From: an uncultured Pseudomonadales bacterium
GTDB taxonomy: Bacteria > Patescibacteriota > Microgenomatia > UBA1400 > PJMF01
DNA length: 64,000 nt
Assembly: GCA_964637295.1 (NCBI GenBank)
Contig: CAZWWE010000001.1
Coordinates: forward strand, 252,312 to 316,311
Direction: 5' to 3'
Of this stretch, positions 46,216 to 54,083 are shown piece by piece; position 1 is the first letter of the stretch; each line of letters opens with the position of its first letter. The notes under the pieces were generated by a model. It worked only from the letters and a program-made list of their open reading frames with translations. It was not told the DNA's origin and ran no database searches. The translations under genes were made by a program, and so were the position numbers.

Positions 46216-47202
46216 TCAAATTAGCTGCAAAAGACTGTTGGCCAATTTTTGTTTGTGATGGCGAATTAAACTTCTGTTTTGCGCATCATTTTGATCTTTT
46301 TGTACCAAAGTAGTGGAAAGCAAATCTTGGCGGATAAATCTCGAACTATTTTCTATTGGCAAATCATCAACGATAGGCAAATCACCAGCTGCTTGATAAA
46401 GTTTGAGAATTTTTTCCGGCAATGGACTGTTGTTGATTAAAACATAATCTGGTTTGCGCTGGCAATATTTTTCCACTTCACGCAAGTGATCACTGGCGGT
46501 CATTTGAAAAGTTTGAGAAAAATGAGTGACTAGGTTGCTGACATAAACAAATTTGCCGCCGCGTGCTTGATTTTTCAATAAGGCAGTTACAAAGCCGTCA
46601 ACTAAAGCATGCGGCAATAAACTGCCGTATAAATCTCCTGGACCCAAAACAATCAAATCAGCCTCGACAATAGTTTGTGCAGCTTTTTCATAAATTTTGG
46701 CAGTTTGATCTAGAGTGATTTGAGCAATTTTTTTGCCTCCGAAGCGTGGATCATCAAGATTTTTTTCACCTACTACCATTTGTCCATCTTCGTAGTGAAT
46801 TACCAGATGCACGCTATCTTCACTAATCGGTAAAACTTTGCCATTGATGCGAAAAATTTTGGAAGCGACTTCCACGGCTTTGCTAGCTGAACCCGTTAGA
46901 CTTTCGAGTGAAGTGAGAATTAAATTGCCCAGATTGTGACCTTGTAAACTAGAATTTTGTTCGAAACGATAGAGCAAAAGTTGGCGAATTTCTTTTTCAT
47001 TTTCACCAGTCGCCAGGGCCGCAATGCACTGGCGCAGATCACCAACAGGTAAAAAACCAAATTCATCTCTCAATCTGCCTGTTGAGCCACCATTATCTGA
47101 AACAACAATCACGGCACTCAAATCGATGTCAGCATAGTTTTTTAATCCAGCGAGCACGACGGCGCTTCCTGTTCCACCACCGATGGCAACAATTTTTTTC
47201 AT
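46216..47202 (-). CDS. yvcK: YvcK/GlmR (CofD-like UDP-sugar-binding) protein
   Basis: KIVAIGGGTG, DNGGSTGRLR, PVGDLRQC, GHNLGNL, ADLIVLGPGDLYGS; start moved to ATG 47202. Confidence 0.9.
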   Translation of the reverse strand: MKKIVAIGGGTGSAVVLAGLKNYADIDLSAVIVVSDNGGSTGRLRDEFGFLPVGDLRQCIAALATGENEKEIRQLLLYRFEQNSSLQGHNLGNLILTSLESLTGSASKAVEVASKIFRINGKVLPISEDSVHLVIHYEDGQMVVGEKNLDDPRFGGKKIAQITLDQTAKIYEKAAQTIVEADLIVLGPGDLYGSLLPHALVDGFVTALLKNQARGGKFVYVSNLVTHFSQTFQMTASDHLREVEKYCQRKPDYVLINNSPLPEKILKLYQAAGDLPIVDDLPIENSSRFIRQDLLSTTLVQKDQNDAQNRSLIRHHKQKLANSLLQLI

Positions 47203-47284
47203 AAGCTTTGAGCCCAATTGTACTTCAAAGCAGCGGCGTGTTAAACTTGGATTTAATTCTAAGAGGGGCGAAGATTCGTTTTTC

Positions 47285-47755
47285 ATGTCAAATTTAGCAA
47301 CATTTTTAACTCAACGCAAAAATTTAGGAAAAACTTTAACTTTAGTGACGGGAGTTTTTGATATCTTGCATGAAGAACATCAAAAATTTTTGCAAAAAGC
47401 TAAAAACTTAGGCGATTTATTGCTGGTGGGACTCGAATCAGATTTGAGAGTTAGGCAGATGAAAGGGGAAGGGCGACCAATCAATCAGCAAGCAATTCGC
47501 TTAGCAAATTTACAAAAACTAGAGCTTGCAGATTTTGTTTTTATTTTGCCAGAGAAATTTTCTCAAACAGCAGATCATCGACAATTAATTGCCCAAATCA
47601 AGCCAGACTTTATGGCGGTTTCCGCCAATACGCTTTTCCAAAAAGAAAAAGCGCGAATTTTAGCGGAATTTTCTGCTAAGCTAGTAGTGGTGCATGATTT
47701 TAATCCAGCAGTCTCTTCGAGTCAAATTATTAAAAACATTTTGCAGAAAGGATAA
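47285..47755 (+). CDS. Cytidylyltransferase-like nucleotidyltransferase (RfaE-II/TagD family)
   Basis: TGVFDILHEEH, GDLLLVGLESD, KGEGRPI, SSSQII; start moved to ATG 47285. Confidence 0.85.
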   Translation: MSNLATFLTQRKNLGKTLTLVTGVFDILHEEHQKFLQKAKNLGDLLLVGLESDLRVRQMKGEGRPINQQAIRLANLQKLELADFVFILPEKFSQTADHRQLIAQIKPDFMAVSANTLFQKEKARILAEFSAKLVVVHDFNPAVSSSQIIKNILQKG

Positions 47756-47757
47756 CG

Positions 47758-48069
47758 ATGAAAAAACTCATTATTATTTTATTGGTTTTAGCGGCTTTTT
47801 TTGCTTTGGGCGCGATTGCTCTCAATAAATTCAAAGCCACTGTGCCTGCCTCAACTTCATCAACTGTTCAGCAAAAAGTGGGGACTACTACTAAAACTGG
47901 CACCATTTCTGTCAGTAACAATATTTTTTATTTACAAGAAGCCGGCCAAACACCCAAAGAAATTGATAGTTACACCGTTGATCTTGGTCAGTATGTTGGT
48001 CAAAGCGTGACTGTGAGCGGCCAATATAGTGGCGACACTCTTTTCGTGGGTAGCGTTGTAACAAAATAA
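47758..48069 (+). CDS. Small exported protein (OB-fold-like), hypothetical
   Basis: Signal/TM N-terminus; LGQYVGQSVTVSG pattern. Confidence 0.6.
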   Translation: MKKLIIILLVLAAFFALGAIALNKFKATVPASTSSTVQQKVGTTTKTGTISVSNNIFYLQEAGQTPKEIDSYTVDLGQYVGQSVTVSGQYSGDTLFVGSVVTK

Positions 48070-48071
48070 TT

Positions 48072-49496
48072 ATGTCTAAAGCCAAATCTCATTTTCGTTG
48101 TCAAAACTGTGGAGCGAGTTTTCCGAAGTGGTCAGGCCAATGTGCCGAATGTGGAACTTGGAATACTTTAGTTGAAGAAGTTTTACCCACTCCAACCGTT
48201 GATCGTCGCTCACAAAGCAGAAATTCTTTAAGTGAGGCCGAAATTGCAGAAAAAAGCATAGTTTTCTCTCGAGTGAAGCGATCAGAAGCCTCAAAACAGC
48301 GTTTTTCGACTAGCATTGGGGAATTGGATCGAGTGTTGGGCGGTGGTTTAGTGGCCGGCATGGTAGTTTTGTTGGGTGGCGAGCCGGGCATTGGCAAATC
48401 AACTTTGTTAACGCAGATGATTTTACAAATTTTGCGTTTAAGAAAAGATGCGCCCAAAAATCTTAAGCCGCTAAAAATCTTTTATGTGGCCGGTGAAGAG
48501 AGTCCATCACAAATTTCACTTAGAATCGATCGATTCTTGGATAATGAACAGCATAGCTACTCCAAAGATGACATTGGTGAGAGTTTAGTTTTTATCACTA
48601 CTACCGATGTAGATGAATTAACCTTTTTGATTAAGAAAGAAAAGCCAGATTTGCTGATTGTGGATAGTATTCAATCTTTATCGACAAGTTTTCTCACGGG
48701 GGCGAGTGGGAGCGTGGGACAAATTAGAGAAGTGGCCGATCGCATTATTAATACCGTCAAAGCTTTCGGGATCCCCACTTTTTTAATTGGCCACATTACC
48801 AAAGATGGAGTGATTGCCGGACCTAAGATTTTTGAACACATGGTTGATACAGTTTTGCTATTAGAGGGCGAAAGATCCGACCAATTACGTATGCTAAGAT
48901 CGCTCAAAAATCGCTTTGGAGCTACTGATGAAGTGGGTCTTTTTCAAAGTGAAGACTATGGCCTCAGGGAAATTAGTAATCCTAGTGAATTGTTTTTAGA
49001 AAACAGCAATCAATTGGTAGTCGGAGCGGCCACAGTTTGTTTGATGGAAGGCACACGCCCTTTACTCGCTGAAGTACAAGCACTAGTGGTCAAGTCACAA
49101 CTAGCCATGCCACGTAGAGTAGGGAGAGGAGTAGATTTGGCTCGCATTCAGGTTTTGTCGGCGGTCTTGCAGAAGCACGCCAATCTTCCTTTGGCTTTTT
49201 ATGATATTTTTCTAAGTGTGGCCGGTGGTTTCCGCATCAAAGAAGCCAGCGTCGATTTGGGTCTGGCAGTCTCTATCGCTAGTTCACTTACGAGTAAAAA
49301 AATACCTCAAAATACTGTTTTTATCGGAGAAATCGGTTTGCTTGGAGAGATTAGAAAAACCCCATATTTTGAACGCAGAGCCAAAGAAGCCCGAAGATTG
49401 GGCTTTAAGAAAATCATTTCACGAGAAACGCACGGGAATATTAGAGAGTTGTTAAAAGATTTAGGACTTTTGCAAAAGGGAACTAAAAATGAATAA
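48072..49496 (+). CDS. radA: DNA repair protein RadA/Sms
   Basis: Zn finger CQNCG...GQCAECG, GEPGIGKST, VDSIQ, KNRFG, EGTRP. Confidence 0.96.
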   Translation: MSKAKSHFRCQNCGASFPKWSGQCAECGTWNTLVEEVLPTPTVDRRSQSRNSLSEAEIAEKSIVFSRVKRSEASKQRFSTSIGELDRVLGGGLVAGMVVLLGGEPGIGKSTLLTQMILQILRLRKDAPKNLKPLKIFYVAGEESPSQISLRIDRFLDNEQHSYSKDDIGESLVFITTTDVDELTFLIKKEKPDLLIVDSIQSLSTSFLTGASGSVGQIREVADRIINTVKAFGIPTFLIGHITKDGVIAGPKIFEHMVDTVLLLEGERSDQLRMLRSLKNRFGATDEVGLFQSEDYGLREISNPSELFLENSNQLVVGAATVCLMEGTRPLLAEVQALVVKSQLAMPRRVGRGVDLARIQVLSAVLQKHANLPLAFYDIFLSVAGGFRIKEASVDLGLAVSIASSLTSKKIPQNTVFIGEIGLLGEIRKTPYFERRAKEARRLGFKKIISRETHGNIRELLKDLGLLQKGTKNE

Positions 49497-49508
49497 ACAA
49501 ATATTTGT

Positions 49509-49539
49509 TTGACAAACTGTAGCTTAAGTGTTACAGTTT
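49509..49539 (+). promoter_or_regulatory. sigma70 promoter with overlapping palindromic operator for the TA operon
   Basis: TTGACA 49509-49514, 17-nt spacer, TACAGT 49532-49537; inverted repeat AAACTGTA 49514-49521 / TACAGTTT 49532-49539. Confidence 0.75.
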
Positions 49540-49545
49540 TCATGT

Positions 49546-49857
49546 ATGAGCCTTGTTACTATACTCAAAACCAACGTTTTTGAGAAATGATTTGATAAGC
49601 TCAAAGATCGTCAGGCCAAAAGCATCATTCTTATACATATTGGCAGAATGACTGACAATAATTTTGGTGTCACTAAATCAGTGGGAAGTGGTATTTTTGA
49701 AAAAAAAATTTACTACGGACCAGGATATCGACTATATTATTGTTGTCAGGGAAAAGCATGGGTGTTACTTTTGTGCGGTGGGGACAAGTCGACGCAAAAA
49801 ACAGATGTTAAAGAAGCAAAACAAATTAAGGAAAATATATTATGTCTAAAAAAATAA
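49546..49857 (+). pseudogene. RelE/HigB-like addiction module toxin with in-frame TGA at codon 15
   Basis: MSLVTILKTNVFEK*FDKLKDRQAK...GNFG-like NNFG..KSVG.G..E..I.YGPGYRLYY...LLLCGGDKSTQ; TGA at 49588-49590 where the family has Trp. Confidence 0.8.
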
Positions 49858-50180
49858 CTGTCACTCCATTTGATACTGCTAATTATCTCAACACTTCGGC
49901 AGACGTTGATAGTTATCTCAAGGCAGCCTTTGCTGATGGCGACCCAAAAGTCATTGTCCGCGCACTCGGAGATGTAGCTCGTGCTCGCAATATGACTAAA
50001 CTTGCCCGAGTCGCCAAGGTACATCGGGTGCACTTATATCGTGCGCTATCTATCGATGGAGATCCCAAGCTTAGCACGCTTAGCAGCATCATGTCTGCTT
50101 TAGGTTATCGACTATCATTTCGACGGGAAGCCGCTCCTCAATCATTGCTCAAGCTTTCTGAAAAGGCAAAAGCAGAATAG
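49842..50180 (+). CDS. Addiction module antidote (HigA-like HTH antitoxin)
   Basis: FDTANYL...YL.AAF..GD......ALGDVARARNMT.LA....R..LYRALS..GDP.LST. Confidence 0.88.
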   Translation: MSKKITVTPFDTANYLNTSADVDSYLKAAFADGDPKVIVRALGDVARARNMTKLARVAKVHRVHLYRALSIDGDPKLSTLSSIMSALGYRLSFRREAAPQSLLKLSEKAKAE

Positions 50181-50257
50181 GCTTAACAAAACCTCATAGA
50201 ATTCATTTTTTTTAACTTTTCACGACGTTGGGATTTACAATCAGGTTTATTAATTCC

Positions 50258-52408
50258 TTATAAATTCCTCTTCTTAGCGTATCTTTCACGACTATTGCGA
50301 ATCACTTTATCGCGATTTTGGTTGCTACTTTTAGCCAAGGGCAAAGTATAAGCAGGGAAGGGGCGACTGAGCACATTGTCGATGGAGATTTTGTTAATGA
50401 TTTGGTATTTATCCAAATTAACTAAGTCATCTTGAGTGTATAAATCACCATACTCAGCTTGAAAATAGGTAGCGTCACCAGCCCCCATGACAAAACTCAT
50501 GATGTTGCCACAGTTGCCAAAAATAGCTTGGCGCACTTCTTCTGGAATTTGATCAATATATTGATTGGCTAGAGTCAGATTAAGGCGATATTTACGGGCT
50601 TCAGAAAGAATTTTGATGAAAGCATCAGTTGCAAAATTTTGAAATTCATCGACGTAAAGATAAAAGTCGCGGCGTTTTTCTTCTGGAGTATTAACTCTAG
50701 CCATGGCGGCTAACTGAATTTTGGTGATCATCATCGCGCCAAGAAGAGTAGCGTTGTCTTCACCAAGCCGACCCTGAGATAAATTGACCAATAGAATTTT
50801 GCCTTGACTCATTAAGTCCTCAATACTAAAAGAAGATTGAGTGGTGTTGACGACATTACGGACAATTGGCGAAGAAACAAACTGGCCCACTTTATTAAGA
50901 ATAGAGGCGATGGATTCAGTGCGTTGACGCTCTTGCATCTTATTGTATTCATTAATCCAGAAATTTTTTAAGATCGGATCATCAAGCTTTTCGACGATAT
51001 TGTCGCGAAATTTCTTATTAGTCAATAGCTCGAGAATATCAGATAATTTAGCCTCTTTGCTTTTAAGTAGAGTTAATAAACAATTGCGTAAAATGTATTC
51101 AAGTCGAGGGCCCCAAGAGTAGCTATAAAGTTTTTGAAAAACTGAAATGATACCCGAAGCAATTAACTCACGATGAACAACATTTTCACCTTCAAAAAGA
51201 TTGATTTGCACGGTGCGTTCTTGATCAGCTGGGTCAAAGTAAATGACGTCATTAATGCGATGTTTGGGAATGTAATCAAGTAGGGTTTCAACTAAGTCGC
51301 CATGAGGATCGATGACGCACATGCCCTCGTTATGTTTGAGATCATTAATCGCCATGTTAGCGAGAAGAGTAGATTTACCGGTGCCAGTTTTGCCAATCAC
51401 ATAAAGATGGCGGCGACGGTCATTACGCAACAGACCATATTTGGTGTTGCGATTTTTATAAATGGTTTCAGCAATGACGTTAATGTTTTGGCGAATTTCT
51501 TCTGGCGTGTCTTGACCAACAATCGGCAAGTTTTCTGGTGCTTCGCCAAGCAATTTTTTGCCCCAAGTGATGTTGGGAATGTTGCTAAGTTTTTTACCAG
51601 GCAAATGAAAGAGAGTGGCGATTTCTTCTAGGCTTAAAATTAAACTGGGAGAAGCCTTGAAGCTTCGCTTTAGCATAGTTTTCAGAAAGGCTTTCTTAGC
51701 GAAATATCGTTTTTGCAATTGCAGAGCATTGCCTTCGCTTTGAGAAATAGCCTGATAAGCCGTGGCAATATTTTCCAGGATCAATTTGCTTTTTTGTGCT
51801 TGCTCGCTAAAAACTGCTATTTTGAAAGCAGCGCGCAAAGATCTTTGATTTAATTTTTGTTCAATTAGAGCTTTTTGCGGATGGAGAGAGAGGGCTTCTT
51901 GGGAGAGTGAAGCTTGTTGAGTAAAGGAAACTTCATTATCTAAGATTAATTGCAATAAAATTACGTCGTCGTCTTCATTTTTAGATAAAGTTGATAAAAG
52001 AGTAGCGAGTGGATCAAGCTCATTAAAGTCATGAAAAGTTTTGAGAGGTAAATAACTTTTGTTTTTAAGCTTTAAGCTCGCCAAACATGGCTTGATTGTA
52101 GTTTGGAGTCGATCAAGCAAAAGATCAGCTGGATCAAGCTGTAATTCGCTTAACACTGCTGCTGGATAACTAGCATGAAAAGCTCCCTTAAAATATTCAA
52201 GCAAACGCTCTGGCACACAAGCTAAAAAATGTAAGCGTTGTTTTTCTACCCAAATTTCAAAACTGATCGCTTCGGCTCGATTTAATAATTGATCCACAAA
52301 ATTGTTTTTTAAGTCTGGCAGAGTGGAGAGAAGTTGTACCGCCGCTTCTGCGGTTTCTTGACTATCTTTACTAGTTTTAATCTCGAGCAAGACATGATTT
52401 TTTAGCAC
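50258..52408 (-). CDS. VirD4/TrwB-like coupling ATPase
   Basis: DRRRHLYVIGKTGTGKST, IDPHGDL, WGPRLE, LYVDEFQNF, SEARKYRL, ANQYIDQ; probable GTG start 52408, 6 nt after TG-C-TATACT. Confidence 0.8.
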   Translation of the reverse strand: MLKNHVLLEIKTSKDSQETAEAAVQLLSTLPDLKNNFVDQLLNRAEAISFEIWVEKQRLHFLACVPERLLEYFKGAFHASYPAAVLSELQLDPADLLLDRLQTTIKPCLASLKLKNKSYLPLKTFHDFNELDPLATLLSTLSKNEDDDVILLQLILDNEVSFTQQASLSQEALSLHPQKALIEQKLNQRSLRAAFKIAVFSEQAQKSKLILENIATAYQAISQSEGNALQLQKRYFAKKAFLKTMLKRSFKASPSLILSLEEIATLFHLPGKKLSNIPNITWGKKLLGEAPENLPIVGQDTPEEIRQNINVIAETIYKNRNTKYGLLRNDRRRHLYVIGKTGTGKSTLLANMAINDLKHNEGMCVIDPHGDLVETLLDYIPKHRINDVIYFDPADQERTVQINLFEGENVVHRELIASGIISVFQKLYSYSWGPRLEYILRNCLLTLLKSKEAKLSDILELLTNKKFRDNIVEKLDDPILKNFWINEYNKMQERQRTESIASILNKVGQFVSSPIVRNVVNTTQSSFSIEDLMSQGKILLVNLSQGRLGEDNATLLGAMMITKIQLAAMARVNTPEEKRRDFYLYVDEFQNFATDAFIKILSEARKYRLNLTLANQYIDQIPEEVRQAIFGNCGNIMSFVMGAGDATYFQAEYGDLYTQDDLVNLDKYQIINKISIDNVLSRPFPAYTLPLAKSSNQNRDKVIRNSRERYAKKRNL

Positions 52409-52637
52409 AGCCCTAGTATAGCAAATCGCCTTCAGGCTGTCAGTTTGGCTGTCAGCGTGATGAAAAAGCTTTAACTTTATTAGCAAGTTGTTTAGAGTTT
52501 TCCCAAATTTTGCACATTTTTTACTTTGGCAAGCAAGTGTTGAAAAGTTATGAAAAATACTCTAGATTTTGTATAATAATAAAAATATAGGTCTAACAAA
52601 AAGAGAAGTATTAAAAGTTATAGGATATAATTGCTAA

Positions 52638-52665
52638 TTGAAAAAAATATAGAATCAGCTATAAT
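52638..52665 (+). promoter_or_regulatory. sigma70-type promoter for the candidate ncRNA
   Basis: TTGAAA 52638-52643, 16-nt spacer, TATAAT 52660-52665; a second TTGAAA-17-TAGATT at 52540-52568. Confidence 0.55.
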
Positions 52666-52671
52666 TCTCTA

Positions 52672-53066
52672 TTAGTTCTTTAGAAATAATTTGTTTGAGG
52701 GAAAATGGTCTTTTCAATTTGTTTTTTGAATCACCAAATGGGTGTTTAAGCCAAGCGGTGGAGGATAAAAACAAAAAATCCATCCCGTTTAGGACTTGTT
52801 CTTAAGGCAGTCAAGAACCTAAACAAGATGGATCGTAGCGAACATTATTACCGCTGATGAATCACGAATAACAATGTAGCTTATTGTAGTTATCTCAAAA
52901 AGATAACTGATTGATTATAGACTAACATTTTCCCAGCAAATAGTAAATTATGCTTAACTGATATTATCTATATCAAAAATAGTATCAGCTCAATTGATTT
53001 TAAGAATTTTTTGCGAAAGTTCGGTAGTTGGGCAGGCAACCGAACTTTCGCAGAGAATTTTTCTAC
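52672..53066 (+). ncRNA. Candidate structured non-coding RNA of unknown family
   Basis: No ORF >60 aa; nested helices GGGAAAATG 52699-52707/CATTTTCCC 52926-52934, AGCGGTGG/TTACCGCT, ATCCATC/GATGGAT, GTTTAG/CTAAAC, GTTCTT/AAGAAC, AGTTATCT/AGATAACT, CTGATATTAT/ATAGTATCAG; mismatches read as G-U on the + strand. Confidence 0.6.
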
Positions 53067-53070
53067 TTTT
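53005..53070 (+). terminator. 21-bp hairpin followed by T-rich tract
   Basis: AATTTTTTGCGAAAGTTCGGT 53005-53025 pairs with ACCGAACTTTCGCAGAGAATT 53039-53059 (two U-G pairs), then TTTCTACTTTTT. Confidence 0.7.
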
Positions 53071-53223
53071 TGTTCTATAATTTTTTTCAGGTGATAAAAT
53101 TTATGTTACCAGTGATCAAAATGGAGAGTCGCTGGTTGAATGGTTTCAAAAATTAGGAGAGGCAAGTAAATTTGTCGGAGTACCCTAAACAAACTATGTG
53201 GTTTATAATATGGTCTTACCAAT

Positions 53224-53955
53224 ATGCAAATAGAAAACAAAACAACTAGTCCAGAAAACGGACCTTCGGCCAAACTGGCACAAATAAAAACAACAATTAA
53301 AAGAATAATTTTAGGCTTGACTCTGGCCGCTACAATGACGTCTTGTGTATCAGAAGCCAATTCTTCTCAAGGTGCACAGCCAACTGGGACAGAGGGTGCG
53401 GTGCCTGCGGAAAAATATGATTATTATGGATATCTAGGAGAAACATATGGCATTGGACCAGAAGAAACAATGAAGTTAGTGGAAACTTTAAAGGAGATGG
53501 AATTAAAAGAAATTAAAACAGCTGATATCGATGGTTATTATTATGAGCTAAAAAAACCTTTAGAATTAAAATCCGATGGGTTATTTGTCAAGTTGACTGA
53601 AGAAAAGATTGCGGAAGATTTTAGTATTAAATTTTCTAGGTTGGCGGGCGTGGCTTTTAATTCACAAACAGGAGAATTTCATTTTCTTACTAAAAAAACC
53701 AACAATCATGTAATTGTTCCTGATGGTTCTTATATTGTTTTTATTCCTTCTGGAGTTAGCAATGAAGATGAGTGGAAAGCTTTTGCCGACCTCAACAAAT
53801 TTATCGATTCGCTTTTCTCTACAAAAAATACAAAGAGAAAAGAATTGCCTCTCATTCCTGAACCCACTGCAGAACCCAATTTAGAACCCACTGCAGAACC
53901 TACGCCAGTATTACCAGAAAATAATATTGATTTAGGTCAACCTGGAATAACCTAA
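53224..53955 (+). CDS. Putative lipoprotein, hypothetical
   Basis: KRIILGLTLAATMTS-C lipobox-like; C-terminal EPTAEP duplicate (GAACCCACTGCAGAACC at 53860 and 53884). Confidence 0.6.
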   Translation: MQIENKTTSPENGPSAKLAQIKTTIKRIILGLTLAATMTSCVSEANSSQGAQPTGTEGAVPAEKYDYYGYLGETYGIGPEETMKLVETLKEMELKEIKTADIDGYYYELKKPLELKSDGLFVKLTEEKIAEDFSIKFSRLAGVAFNSQTGEFHFLTKKTNNHVIVPDGSYIVFIPSGVSNEDEWKAFADLNKFIDSLFSTKNTKRKELPLIPEPTAEPNLEPTAEPTPVLPENNIDLGQPGIT

Positions 53956-54083
53956 TCTTGTATTTTTTAGTTTTTTTGTGATAATGGGGTAGTATAACTT
54001 CTCCTAAAACATTTTTATAATTATTTTCAATATGATTGTTCAAGCACAAGTTAAGCTTAAAATGAAGAAAGGTTAAATTTTTT

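Noticed and set aside
49588-49590. TGA as evidence of stop-codon reassignment (code 4 or 25)
   Set aside because: dnaA, dnaN and rnpA end in TGA at their expected C-termini, and long genes show no internal TGA; a single nonsense mutation is simpler
21889-52408. Integrative conjugative element or plasmid
   Set aside because: No integrase, relaxase or att-like direct repeats seen; genes are interleaved with housekeeping loci and abut dnaA
52508-52546. DnaA-box-like TTTTGCACA and TGTTGAAAA upstream of the virD4-like gene
   Set aside because: One consensus match and one near match are plausible by chance in AT-rich DNA; not enough to claim DnaA control
52672-53066. tmRNA, RNase P RNA, SRP RNA, tRNA, retron msr-msd or CRISPR tracrRNA
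   Set aside because: No GGGG...CCACCA tRNA-like ends, GAGGAAAGUC, or SRP helix-8 motif on either strand; no reverse transcriptase, Cas or transposase gene nearby
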